Below are positions 47,253-57,231 of a stretch of 64,000 nucleotides of DNA, one piece after another. Each line of letters starts with the position of its first letter. Within the stretch, counting starts at the first letter, position 1. The stretch is from Pirellula sp. (lineage in GTDB: Bacteria; Planctomycetota; Planctomycetia; Pirellulales; Pirellulaceae), in contig JANMGH010000130.1 of NCBI GenBank assembly GCA_031374515.1, positions 5,318 to 69,317 on the forward strand. Direction: 5' to 3'. The notes under the pieces are model-generated. The model was not told where the DNA came from. It saw nothing but the letters and a program-made list of their open reading frames with translations, and made no database searches. A program made the translations under genes and the position numbers.

Positions 47253-48269
47253 ATGATAGTTCGTTCCGGAAAGACTGGGTTTACCCTGGTCGAGTTACTG
47301 GTCGTGATCGCGATCATCGGTATTTTGGTGGGGCTCTTGTTGCCAGCAGTGCAAGCTGCCCGCGAGGCGGCTCGCCGAATGCAGTGCGTGAATAACAACA
47401 AGCAGATTGGCCTAGCTATTCACAACTTCAACGATGCGCAGAGATTTATCCCTCCGGGCGGGATCGACGCGGTCGGTTTCCCAAGATGGAGTGTGCCGGT
47501 AGGAGTGACCCACGGCACAGCAACCTTTTGGCTCCCCTACCTGGAACAGAGCGCGCTATACAATCAGTACCGCTGGGACAAGGACTGGCGAGATCCAGTC
47601 AACCAACCGGTCGTAAAGGCCAGGTTGGCGGTCTACGAATGTCCTTCGTCCCCAAACTCGGACCGGTTGGGACCAATGAAGGTAAGCGGAGGTTTCACCT
47701 TCCAAGAGGCTGCCGGCGACTATGCGCCGCAAAGCGGGAATCGAATCTCACGAGCACAAGCAGGCTTGATCGATTGGCCAGCGGGGACAACACCAAGCAG
47801 TCCAGGCGATGACGGCGCAGGATCGGGGAGTGTTTGGCGCGGCGTTTTTGACACGATTAGCCTTGCTACCAAACAGGATAACGTTTGTAAGTTCCAACAT
47901 GTTACCGATGGACTCTCCAACACGGCATTCATCACCGAAGATGCTGGCCGCTCTAAATTTTATGTCACCGGCGGAAAGCTCCATCCAACGAATCCGAACG
48001 GCGGAACCAACGGCCTCGATGGCGCGGGTTGGGCATCGCGAGGGATGAACTATGGGATGGACGGCGCGACCGTCGATGGCCTAAGCCAACCCGGTCCATG
48101 CTTCATGAATTGCAGCAATGCAGATGAAAACTATTCCTTTCACACCGGTGGAGGAGTTTGGTTATTTGGAGACGGTTCGGTGCATTTTGTTTCGCAAAAC
48201 ACGTCGCCACGAATTCTTGCTGCACTGGTGACCCACCGTGACGGTTTTGTAAACGCGTTCGATTACTAG
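47253..48269 (+). CDS. DUF1559 protein with prepilin-type N-terminus (H-X9-DG)
   Basis: [37 protein letters not shown] and C-terminal HTGGGVWLFGDG. Confidence 0.9.
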   Translation: MIVRSGKTGFTLVELLVVIAIIGILVGLLLPAVQAAREAARRMQCVNNNKQIGLAIHNFNDAQRFIPPGGIDAVGFPRWSVPVGVTHGTATFWLPYLEQSALYNQYRWDKDWRDPVNQPVVKARLAVYECPSSPNSDRLGPMKVSGGFTFQEAAGDYAPQSGNRISRAQAGLIDWPAGTTPSSPGDDGAGSGSVWRGVFDTISLATKQDNVCKFQHVTDGLSNTAFITEDAGRSKFYVTGGKLHPTNPNGGTNGLDGAGWASRGMNYGMDGATVDGLSQPGPCFMNCSNADENYSFHTGGGVWLFGDGSVHFVSQNTSPRILAALVTHRDGFVNAFDY

Positions 48270-48386
48270 TTTTTTTTAAATTACCAGTCGGGCAATTGCA
48301 TTATGACATGGCTAGCGCCCAGCCACTCACTGTAACCCGGTCCAACAACCTGCTTCTTTGAAAACACAACCGCCAACGAGTAACAA

Positions 48387-50954
48387 ATGAAAACATCAGT
48401 CTGCCTTGCTGCCATCGTTCTGGGGTTTGCATCGAGCCTATTCGCCGATGAGCCAAAACCAGACACAAAACCACAATACGCTGGACCAACAGCCACAGGC
48501 TTCCTGTTGCCAAGTGGTTGGCACATTACCCCTGTTGGGCAGCCCGTTCAAACAACGGACTTGCCTCTCAACATCATCCCATTGAAAGACAATCGGCACG
48601 CGTTGGTTGCAACCAGCGGATTCAATACCCACAAATTGTCGCTTATCGACTTCGTGGATGGTAAAGTGGTCTCGTCCACGGACGAGACCCGGCAATCCTG
48701 GTTTGGACTAGCTCTCAACAGAACCGAGGATCACGTTTGGTGGTCGGGTGGCGGAACCGGCGATTTGCACTCCTTCGATCTCAAAAACCAACAATTCACT
48801 AGAACCAGCAAACCCGAAGCCCCTCGTGTTCGACGCGATCCTAGCGCGCCGCGGCCCACCGCTGAGGAAAGAGCCAAGCCGCTCTTCAAGAGCGGACTCG
48901 TGCTGGATGAGTTTCTGAATATCCTCTACTCCCTTGAAATAAACGCTGGAGCGATCAGCGCGATCGATCTCGCAACGCGTTCGACCCGCGAAGCAGCAGG
49001 CGAGCCACTCGATTCCAAATCCTCAGTCATCGGCGGCAAACCCTACGACATTGCCATTGGAAAAAATGGACTCCTCTACGTTTCGGATTGGGCAGGACGA
49101 CAATTGTTGGTTGTGCATGGAAAGGAATTACAAACGGTCGCCAAGATTCCAGTTGGAGAACATCCCAACCAAATCGCAATGCACCCGAAAGACCATCGAC
49201 TCTTTGTCGCCTGCGCGTCCAGCAACGGCGTTTGGGTGGTCGATACCAAACGCGGAGTTGTAACCGAAGTGATCTCCACCAGTCTTTTTCCGAATGCACC
49301 TGAGGGGAGCACCCCCGACGCGCTGGTTGTTTCTCCCGACGGTGAAACGCTGTACGTGGCCAACGCAGACAACAACTGTATCGCTGTCATTGACATTGAG
49401 GTACCGAACAAAAGTTCCGTCAAGGGCTTCGTGCCAACCGGTTGGTATCCAACTGCGGTAAGCCTCACTCCCGATGGAAAGAATCTTTTGATCGGCGTTG
49501 GCAAGGGGAACCAGTCCAAGGCAAATCCAATCATCGACAACCCACCCAAGACGGACGGTGAAACCGAATCCCGTCGCGGAATCCCCTACGCTTATATCGG
49601 TTCTACGATGAGCGGTTCGTTGACGCTTGTTCCGATTCCCGATGAAGCAAAACTCAAAGAGTACACGGCCATGGTGTATCGCAATTGCCCTTACTCGGAC
49701 TCGCAACTCACGACAGCACCTCATGCAGTCCCAACTGCGATACCAACCAAGGTCGGTGCTGATAGCCCGATCAAGTATGTGATCTATATTATCAAAGAGA
49801 ACCGCACCTACGACCAAGTTTTCGGTGATCTTGCCGTTGGGCCAAATAAGAAAGGCAACGGCGATCCAACTCTTTGCATGATCCCTAGAAAGGTGACCCC
49901 AAATCATCACAAGCTCGCCGAAGAATTTGTGTTACTCGACAATCTCTATTGCAACGGACAAGTGAGTCGAGACGGCCATCCATGGAGCACCATGGCATAC
50001 CATACTGACTATATCGCACGCGATTGGCACCTTACCTATTCATCCCGATCGGGCGTCGAGGATGATGACGAAGGGAATCTCTCCAATGGCCCAAGCGGTT
50101 ACCTCTGGGATGCCTGCGCCCGCGCTGGAATCTCCTATCGTAATTATGGCGAGTACGGCAAACGCGTTAGCGAAGCTGACGGTAGCTTCAAAATGGAGGG
50201 ACGCGTCCCGGGATTAGTCGGACACATGAGTCCCAACTACAGTATTCCCAAAACGCCTGAAACAAAAGTTCGAGATACCGACAACGCTGCCGTCTTTATC
50301 GAAGAATACGATGCGTTTGCTCAGTCCAACACGATGCCACGGTTCATGATGATGAGCTTGGGCGAAGACCATACGACCGGTACGCGACCAGGTGGGTTCA
50401 CACCTCAAGCCTGTGTTGCCAGCAACGACTTGGCCCTTGGTCAAATCGTAGAGCATGTTAGCAAAGGCCCGCACTGGAAAGAGACCGCGATCTTCGTGAT
50501 CGAAGACGATGCTCAGAATGGTCCTGACCACGTGGACGCGCACCGTACAGTTGGACTGGTAATTAGCCCGTATACCAAACGTCAATTCGTGGACAGCACG
50601 CAATACTCAACAGTCAGCATGATCCGAACCATGGAACTGATTCTGGGATTGCCACCCTTGAGTCAATACGACGCTGCCGCTCGACCGATGTTCAATAGCT
50701 TTACCGACAAGGCAGACTTGACACCGTACAAGCTGACGCCAGCTGAGACGGATCTCACCGCGGTCAATGACAAGTTGGCCTATGGAGCCAGTCGATCGAT
50801 GGAAATGGATTTTACCGAGTACGACCAGATCGACGACTTCGAGTTGAACGAGATTCTATGGAGATCGATCATGGGTGAAGACGCGCCGCTGCCGCCAGCC
50901 GTTAGGCGAGCGATCGCGTTTCACTCGTCAACGGCACCATCGTTTAAAAAGTAG
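48387..50954 (+). CDS. beta-propeller (YncE/YVTN-like) + phosphoesterase (PLC/AcpA family) fusion, paralogue 1
   Basis: Signal peptide. Repeats such as LYVSDWAGRQLLVV, LFVACASSNGVWVVD and LYVANADNNCIAVID. Then IKYVIYIIKENRTYDQVFGDL and EDDAQNGPDHVDAHR. Confidence 0.9.
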   Translation: MKTSVCLAAIVLGFASSLFADEPKPDTKPQYAGPTATGFLLPSGWHITPVGQPVQTTDLPLNIIPLKDNRHALVATSGFNTHKLSLIDFVDGKVVSSTDETRQSWFGLALNRTEDHVWWSGGGTGDLHSFDLKNQQFTRTSKPEAPRVRRDPSAPRPTAEERAKPLFKSGLVLDEFLNILYSLEINAGAISAIDLATRSTREAAGEPLDSKSSVIGGKPYDIAIGKNGLLYVSDWAGRQLLVVHGKELQTVAKIPVGEHPNQIAMHPKDHRLFVACASSNGVWVVDTKRGVVTEVISTSLFPNAPEGSTPDALVVSPDGETLYVANADNNCIAVIDIEVPNKSSVKGFVPTGWYPTAVSLTPDGKNLLIGVGKGNQSKANPIIDNPPKTDGETESRRGIPYAYIGSTMSGSLTLVPIPDEAKLKEYTAMVYRNCPYSDSQLTTAPHAVPTAIPTKVGADSPIKYVIYIIKENRTYDQVFGDLAVGPNKKGNGDPTLCMIPRKVTPNHHKLAEEFVLLDNLYCNGQVSRDGHPWSTMAYHTDYIARDWHLTYSSRSGVEDDDEGNLSNGPSGYLWDACARAGISYRNYGEYGKRVSEADGSFKMEGRVPGLVGHMSPNYSIPKTPETKVRDTDNAAVFIEEYDAFAQSNTMPRFMMMSLGEDHTTGTRPGGFTPQACVASNDLALGQIVEHVSKGPHWKETAIFVIEDDAQNGPDHVDAHRTVGLVISPYTKRQFVDSTQYSTVSMIRTMELILGLPPLSQYDAAARPMFNSFTDKADLTPYKLTPAETDLTAVNDKLAYGASRSMEMDFTEYDQIDDFELNEILWRSIMGEDAPLPPAVRRAIAFHSSTAPSFKK

Positions 50955-50975
50955 GTCGCACTTGCCGGGTGCGAC
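50951..50975. repeat. GTAG-headed hairpin overlapping the stop codon of paralogue 1
   Basis: AAAAA-GTAG-GTCGCAC-TTGCCGG-GTGCGAC. The TAG of GTAG is the stop of ORF 48387..50954. Confidence 0.5.
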
Positions 50976-51110
50976 TCCCCTGATGTTTAACCCGCGCAGC
51001 GGCTCTTGAGCATAGGTGCTATCCAACCCTCTTCTGTCCGCAGCGCTCCGACGAGCGGTTAAACATTGGGGTCACTCTCGGCAGGAGTGACCTACCGTAG
51101 GAAAATCCCA

Positions 51111-52376
51111 ATGCGAAATGCACTTTCCGTAACACGTCGCAATTTCATGAACATCGCGGGCGCGAGCTCATTGTCAGGACTGATTGCGCCTAAAACTAAT
51201 CTATGGACGCCGTCCACCGAATTGTTGACTACCGCCAAGAACGTCAACATTTCAACCTCGACGCCTCAGCGAGTTTACGTCGTCATGTTCGATGGCTTCG
51301 GAACCGACTACTACGAACTTTCCAACATGCCCACACTCAAGAAATGGGCCAAGGAAGGTTTTTATAAACGCATCCAAGCCGTAATGCCAACCGTTACCAA
51401 CACCAACATGGCCGGAGTGTGCTGCGGTGTGCATGCAGACGAACATGGCATCACGGGTAACTCCTATTGGGATGCAGAAATCGATCAAGAGCAATTCATG
51501 TCGGACGGCAACTTGCTGACAGCGCCGACGCTATTCCAGCGCGCCGGTCGCTTCGGAGTCCGGTCGATGATCGTTTCAGCGAAGCAAAAGACTGTACCAT
51601 TGCTAAAGCAGGGAACAGTTTTGGCAGTAGGATCTCAAAACCCGCCTGAAGAGATCGTACAAAAATACGGCAAGCCACCTGAGATCTATTCGATGGATGT
51701 GAATTACTGGGTCTGGAAGATCGCGATCGATGTAATCAAGAATCAACCAAAGATTGGTCTGCTGTACGTACACACGACCGACTACCCGATGCACAAGTTT
51801 GCGCCTGAGTCAGAGCCCTCAAGAGTTCATCTAAAGACCATCGACAACTTTTTAGCGGAGGCCGCAGACGCGGATCCCAACATGGCATTTTACATTGCTC
51901 CGGACCATGGATTGAATGCTAAGTCGACGGTACTCAATCTCAATAGGACGCTGACTCGCAATGGAATCGATTTCAAAATCGTCATGTCGGCCGAACGGGA
52001 TCAATATCCAAAGCATCACGGCGGATTTGGTGGCACTGCCTTTATCTACCTCAACTCCCCTAACGACATCGACAAAGTTGTGAAGGTGATGGGTGACGTC
52101 AAAGAGATCGAAGAGATGCTAACACGCGAAGAATCGGCCAAAAAATACAAACTCAATCCGCATCGCATCGGTGATCTATGGTTGACGGCGGTCAAGGACG
52201 TCGTGTTCGGGCATTCGACGGAGGAACGAGAGCAACTAGCGAGCGATTACCGTTCCCACGGATCTGCCCATGAGCAAGACATTCCGTGTTTCATCTACCG
52301 ACACGATGGGAAGCTTCCCGACGCAAGCGAAATCAACAGCAATGTAGACGTGTGCAAGTTCTTGTATCGAAGTTAG
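51111..52376 (+). CDS. alkaline-phosphatase-superfamily enzyme (NPP / phosphonoacetate-hydrolase-like) with Tat-type leader
   Basis: RRNFMNIAGASSL leader, VVMFDGFGTDYY, PTVTNTNMAGVCCGVHADEHGITGN, APDHG. ATG at 51111. Confidence 0.8.
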   Translation: MRNALSVTRRNFMNIAGASSLSGLIAPKTNLWTPSTELLTTAKNVNISTSTPQRVYVVMFDGFGTDYYELSNMPTLKKWAKEGFYKRIQAVMPTVTNTNMAGVCCGVHADEHGITGNSYWDAEIDQEQFMSDGNLLTAPTLFQRAGRFGVRSMIVSAKQKTVPLLKQGTVLAVGSQNPPEEIVQKYGKPPEIYSMDVNYWVWKIAIDVIKNQPKIGLLYVHTTDYPMHKFAPESEPSRVHLKTIDNFLAEAADADPNMAFYIAPDHGLNAKSTVLNLNRTLTRNGIDFKIVMSAERDQYPKHHGGFGGTAFIYLNSPNDIDKVVKVMGDVKEIEEMLTREESAKKYKLNPHRIGDLWLTAVKDVVFGHSTEEREQLASDYRSHGSAHEQDIPCFIYRHDGKLPDASEINSNVDVCKFLYRS

Positions 52377-52449
52377 AAACCGTCTCGCTATCCAACACAC
52401 GAAAGCAATCTAGTCCTGACAGTCAGTCCCAACGCTGAAGCTAGCAGCG

Positions 52450-52791
52450 TCAGCCACGTGGACCGAATCGATGGAGCAATCGTAATTTGATTTCATTCAA
52501 TGCGCCCGAAGTCACATCATTCCCATCCTTATCGAGTGTGCCGTTGGCCATGATTTGGATCGTTAACCCAACATCCGGAAAGGCCGTTACCTCGGCCAAC
52601 CATACCCCATCGCTACCTAAGTGACTGAGAATGCGACCGTAACTCGCGTCGAGGCCAACAGCACTGGACGCAAATACTCCCCAACCCATCGCGTCCCCTT
52701 GAGTAAGCGGATCACCTGCGATCGGCACCGGCAACTGTAGCCTGGCAAGCGTCTGTGGCCTCAATAGACGAATGCCATTGACGGTTTGCCC
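52450..52791 (-). pseudogene. C-terminal fragment of a beta-lactamase/serine-hydrolase-family gene
   Basis: GQTVNGIRLLRPQTLARLQ...GWGVF...ILSHLGSDGVWLAEVTAFPDVGLTIQIMANG resembles the last third of PF00144-type proteins. The S-x-x-K N-terminal two thirds are absent, and the frame closes at 52792-52794. Confidence 0.5.
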
Positions 52792-52839
52792 CTACGGCCA
52801 ACCACCTTGAAACACTCCGGCGCACTAACTTGTTAAACA

Positions 52840-53088
52840 TCATCTTACGCTTTCATCTCGGGCGCTTCGCTTGGTTCCGCAAAACTCCAAAATGTCTCCT
52901 GGTTGGCAATCCAAAACACGACAGATCGCTTCGAGCGTACTGAAACGCACCGCTTTCGCTTTGCCAGTCTTGAGCACCGATCGATTCGGAACGCTGACCC
53001 CGACTGCAAACGACAGGTCATTGAGCTTCATCTTTCGTTTCGCCAACATCACATCCAAATTCACAACGATCGCAATGGCACCCTCCAA
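52840..53088 (-). CDS. small YozG-like (HTH_26) transcriptional regulator
   Basis: IVVNLDVMLAKRKMKLNDLSFAVGVSVPNRSVLKTGKAKAVRFSTLEAICRVLDCQPGDILEF. The likely start is the TTG at 53088. Confidence 0.75.
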   Translation of the reverse strand: MEGAIAIVVNLDVMLAKRKMKLNDLSFAVGVSVPNRSVLKTGKAKAVRFSTLEAICRVLDCQPGDILEFCGTKRSARDESVR

Positions 53089-53169
53089 GCGAATCAAATA
53101 GGTAAGTGCCGGACTAACCAAAGCAATGCGGCGTGAGCTTGGAATGGACGAAAGCAACTAGGTCGTCAG

Positions 53170-53835
53170 CTAAAGAAAAAGTCGGATGGCTTCTAAGTTC
53201 CTTTGTTCATCAAACAGCGCTTCGATATCGATTGAAAATCCTGGTATGGCTCGACATTGGACAATTCCCGAGTCCGATTTCTTCTTTAGCTCTAAGCCTC
53301 CTTTTTCATTAACGTATTGCTCGAGCACCCGACGCTCCGAATCGACGATCCAATATTCGGTGACACCTTGGGCTGAATAGTCGATGAACTTCATTCCTCG
53401 ATCGCGCGATTCAGTCGATTCGGACAACACTTCCACGATCAAATCGGGGACAGGAAACTGAAGCGTGTCGAGATGGAGTTGCGAAGATTTCTCTGAGCCA
53501 AAAAAGACCACGTCTGGTTCGTAATCGTTGCGAGGGAAAACGCACAAGCACTTTTCGGATTTCACCGTACCGAGGCGATTCGAAATCACGTAGATGTTCA
53601 TCGCTTGAAAAATGAGACCAGTGGTGATGACATGGCGGTTCTTGGCCGGCGAATGAAAAATCGTTTCTCCATCGATGAATTCGGCTTTCTGTTCGGGCGT
53701 CATTTCCGCATAGAAGCGTGAGCGAAGTTCTTGCTCCCGAGCAATTTGTTGCAACAATTCCTCGACGATGCGAGGCAGCAATGGGGAATGCCGAATCGGT
53801 TCGATGAGTTGGTCGAAGGTCATGGTAAATGGCAA
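53170..53835 (-). CDS. Uma2-family (DUF820) endonuclease-fold protein
   Basis: AEFIDGE, PDVVFF and PDLIVEVLSEST...K...Y...GV.EYWIVD, a PD-(D/E)xK-like core. Confidence 0.8.
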   Translation of the reverse strand: MPFTMTFDQLIEPIRHSPLLPRIVEELLQQIAREQELRSRFYAEMTPEQKAEFIDGETIFHSPAKNRHVITTGLIFQAMNIYVISNRLGTVKSEKCLCVFPRNDYEPDVVFFGSEKSSQLHLDTLQFPVPDLIVEVLSESTESRDRGMKFIDYSAQGVTEYWIVDSERRVLEQYVNEKGGLELKKKSDSGIVQCRAIPGFSIDIEALFDEQRNLEAIRLFL

Positions 53836-54258
53836 TTGCGTCTAGATTGTGGAAGGGTCACCACCCTATTCTAATCCAACGGAAGATTGAGGGCCACTTG
53901 TCCCCTTGCGAATGAACACCCTGTGAGCAGCGAGGCGCTAGCCGCCTTCTAGATACAAATTGGTCCGTACCTCCGGCTAAAAGCCGTAGGCATGAGGAGA
54001 ATGCCCCCGAGTTTATTCGGAGGATCGTTAACTCCTTCCTCTAGAATTGCTCGGTCAGTACGCCGGCATGAAGCGCATGAAGCAGGAGGCATGTTAGAAA
54101 CAATCCCCGATAGTCGGTACTTTGAGGATCAAGCTTGACCCGATCCTCTCTTAATCTTCATTCGTTCTAAACGATTCCTTGGGACAAATATTGGTTAGAA
54201 TAATTGGAGAAGTTTTGCCAGTTGCATTGCGTCCTTTGCTAGGTTTTGGAATTACGGA

Positions 54259-55251
54259 ATGAAAGTCAATCGAACGCGACCTTTCGACAAAGCTGGTTTT
54301 ACGCTTGTTGAACTGCTGGTTGTGATCGCCATCATAGGCATCCTTGTCGGACTACTTTTACCTGCAGTACAAGCCGCTCGCGAAGCGGTGCGTCGGATCC
54401 AATGCTCGAACAATCTTCGTCAAATTGGTCTTGCATTGCACAATCACGAATCGGCGCTCAAGCGATTTCCACCGCTAGGCGATTACATTTCGGACGGGAA
54501 CTCGGTCTACTGGAGTTTTCATACCAAATTGCTACCCTACTGCGAGCAATCCAATCTACAAAACTTGATCGACTTTAAGTTGCCTATAAATCAACAACCG
54601 AAAGTAGCCAAGGTCAGAGTCCCGTACCTACTTTGCCCCAGTGAACCGAACGATCGAGAGCGGATCGATAGCCCGACCTTTACCCACTATCCACTGAACT
54701 ACGCTGGCAATGTCGGACTCTGGCACATCCTCCAGCCACCGGTAGGTCAAGGCTCAGGGATCTTTCAAGTCAACAAACCGACTAGTATCGCCGAGATTTC
54801 AGATGGGTTGAGCAATACCATTGGTGTTGCGGAAGTCAAAGCATTTACTCCGTATCTCCGAGATGGTGGCATTCCTTCTGGTGTTGCTGCGGTGCCTACC
54901 TCGCCGAACCAGCTTGCGAGCTATGGCGGAGAATTCAAAGTTGACTCGGGGCACACCGAGTGGGTCGATGCTCGGACGCACCAAACCGGTTTCACGACCA
55001 CATTTACCCCCAACACCAAATGCCCTTATGTCGTTGGAGATAAGACCTACGACATCGACTTCAACAGCATGCGAGAAGGACGTTCGACTATCGTTCCGAC
55101 TTATGCAGTCTCTACCAGCCGCAGTTATCATCCTGGATTGATTCAGGTATTCGTTATGGATGGCTCGACTCGCGGCATTTCCAATTCGATCGATTTGCTT
55201 ACTTGGCGCGGGCTGGGCACGAGAGCAGGAGGCGAGGTCGTTAGTGAGTAA
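54259..55251 (+). CDS. DUF1559 protein with prepilin-type N-terminus (H-X9-DG)
   Basis: [37 protein letters not shown] and C-terminal [12 protein letters not shown]. Confidence 0.9.
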   Translation: MKVNRTRPFDKAGFTLVELLVVIAIIGILVGLLLPAVQAAREAVRRIQCSNNLRQIGLALHNHESALKRFPPLGDYISDGNSVYWSFHTKLLPYCEQSNLQNLIDFKLPINQQPKVAKVRVPYLLCPSEPNDRERIDSPTFTHYPLNYAGNVGLWHILQPPVGQGSGIFQVNKPTSIAEISDGLSNTIGVAEVKAFTPYLRDGGIPSGVAAVPTSPNQLASYGGEFKVDSGHTEWVDARTHQTGFTTTFTPNTKCPYVVGDKTYDIDFNSMREGRSTIVPTYAVSTSRSYHPGLIQVFVMDGSTRGISNSIDLLTWRGLGTRAGGEVVSE

Positions 55252-55346
55252 GCAGGTTGATCGATCGAACTCTGGACGTCAGTGAGGGGCTTCAGCTTCT
55301 GGAACTTGAACTGTACCTTAGGTCTCAACACGAATGAAAGCCTTAA

Positions 55347-55793
55347 TCACGTCTCAAAATGATTGAGGTAACACGCTAAGCCAATCTGAAACGAACTAAC
55401 GCCGAGACCCACGGGATGCCCAAGTCTACTTCGCCATCGAACCAGTCCTGCGACCGATACGAGCACGGTGATCGTACCTACTGCCTTGAGGACTAGAAAG
55501 AGGGTTACGTCAGGCATCGTGTTGTCACCGATACGATCCAAATGCATCAGCCACCTTCCCATGGGATTCTGCTCGTACCGTTTTAGGCAGGCAGCGTAAC
55601 GGACAGTTAACTGCAAATCGTAGACTGCAACCGTAGCGATAACTGAAACGTATGCCAAAACGGATAGAATCTTGCACTGCCAACCGCAAATCGCGTGGCG
55701 AAATGTATAAGCGAGTCGCCTCGGGATCGCCATCAACCAGTTTGGTTTCCGGAAGTAAGTTGGTTTCGAACCAACAAGTTCGAGAGCATTCAT
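55347..55793 (-). CDS. small integral membrane protein (possibly DUF5658-like)
   Basis: Three or four hydrophobic helices and a YEQNPMGRWL motif. ATG at 55793. Confidence 0.55.
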   Translation of the reverse strand: MNALELVGSKPTYFRKPNWLMAIPRRLAYTFRHAICGWQCKILSVLAYVSVIATVAVYDLQLTVRYAACLKRYEQNPMGRWLMHLDRIGDNTMPDVTLFLVLKAVGTITVLVSVAGLVRWRSRLGHPVGLGVSSFQIGLACYLNHFET

Positions 55794-56149
55794 TTGATTC
55801 CTCGTTTCTCTTTGCGAGTTGTTCTTGCATGCGTATCCGAACGCACTCTGGTGTAGCAACATGTTTCAGCCACACTGTCATCCGAATAGTAGGTTTACAT
55901 CGTCATTCGACTGCGTCAATGATGTCAATCAACGCAATGGAGCAAAAGAAATGCGGTAGCCTGCTTCGTTGATCCCTTAGCGATTACCCACGGCGTACAA
56001 TTGCACCATGCGATCGAAAATGAATTTCCAGTGTATTATTTTCGTTCGGAAGCACTGCGAAGCTGTTGCAAGAATGCCAGCGGTGTGCTTCCAGCCTGTG
56101 AGGAGGTATCAATCACTTGTTGGACGCCTATGAAACACAAACTCTGTCG

Positions 56150-56929
56150 CTAAAGCAAATTACTCGCAAGCTCTGCTAGTTCCGAGCGTTCCCCTTTCTC
56201 CAATGATACATGGCCGAAAATCGGTTGCCCCACCATGCGGTGTATGAGGTAGGTCAATCCATTGGACAGGGAGTCCAAGTATGGATGATCGATTTGCTGA
56301 ATGTCACCGGTGAATACGATCTTCGTTCCCTCCCCTGCACGGGTGATAATCGTTTTGATCTCATGCGGCGTTAAATTTTGAGCTTCATCGACGATGAAGA
56401 ATACGCGATGCAAACTCCGACCGCGGATGTATGCCAATGGAGTCACCTCAACCTGACTTGATTGCAGAAATTCTCTACTCCTTGCGCTTGGGTTTCCATT
56501 ACCACTTCCTGGATTCATAACGGCGAGATTGTCGTACAACGGTTGCATGAATGGATCCAGTTTGGCATCTATGTCACCTGGAAGAAACCCGAGGTCACGA
56601 TTACTTAATGGCACGGCCGGCCTTGCTAGCAGAGTTTGGCTATACCGCGAACGGCTCTCAATGGCTGCTGCCAAAGCGAGCAGCGTCTTGCCTGAACCCG
56701 CCTTTCCAGTAAGGGTCACCAACCTCAACTGGTCGTCCAATAGCGCTCGTAATGCAAAGGACTGCTCCGCATTGCGAGGATGGATTCCTGCAGCGGAAAG
56801 ACGATCGATGCGTTTGAACATTTTCTCTTTGCTGTGGTACATGGCCAGGACCGATCGACTGTTGTTGCGCAGAATGAAGTTCTCGTTGGCAATCGGATTG
56901 ACGATATGCGCAAGAAGACTTTCTGGCAC
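56150..56929 (-). CDS. PhoH-like ATPase domain (remaining part of a PhoH2-type gene)
   Basis: Walker [42 protein letters not shown]. The first available start is the GTG at 56929. Confidence 0.8.
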   Translation of the reverse strand: MPESLLAHIVNPIANENFILRNNSRSVLAMYHSKEKMFKRIDRLSAAGIHPRNAEQSFALRALLDDQLRLVTLTGKAGSGKTLLALAAAIESRSRYSQTLLARPAVPLSNRDLGFLPGDIDAKLDPFMQPLYDNLAVMNPGSGNGNPSARSREFLQSSQVEVTPLAYIRGRSLHRVFFIVDEAQNLTPHEIKTIITRAGEGTKIVFTGDIQQIDHPYLDSLSNGLTYLIHRMVGQPIFGHVSLEKGERSELAELASNLL

Positions 56930-57231
56930 ATGACCTCCATTCGCCGAAAAATGAGCGAAGAGTTCTTCAGGCAGGTTATCGATGAGCCGTTTGCCAGTAT
57001 AGAGCTTGTCGAAGCTCTCGACTTTGTCATTGATGTAGTCCTGGGCCGTGAGCCCGAACGACTTGGCTTTGAGTCCGGCAGATGCGAGCCACCTGAAACT
57101 TCATCGAAACTAAACACGACTGCTGCACATTTCGATGGATCGCGACGTAGAATCGGCTGATTGTCCGGCAACCATTTTACCGGACGAATACCGAATGACT
57201 GCGGGTCCAATTTGTACGAAAGGGATATTTC
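56930..57231 (-). pseudogene. start-less PhoH2 linker plus frameshifted PIN-domain remnant
   Basis: The frame stays open for 57 codons upstream of the GTG ([39 protein letters not shown]...) with no ATG/GTG/TTG, back to a TGA at 57101-57103. Another frame reads LPDNQPILRR...AAVVFSFDE, which resembles the end of a PIN domain. Confidence 0.45.

Noticed and set aside
53970-54023. Possible three-way-junction RNA (CCTCCG…CGGAGG enclosing two short hairpins)
   Set aside because: The stems are only 5-6 bp, two of them compete for the same nucleotides, and there is no flanking promoter or terminator. This is indistinguishable from chance without covariation data.
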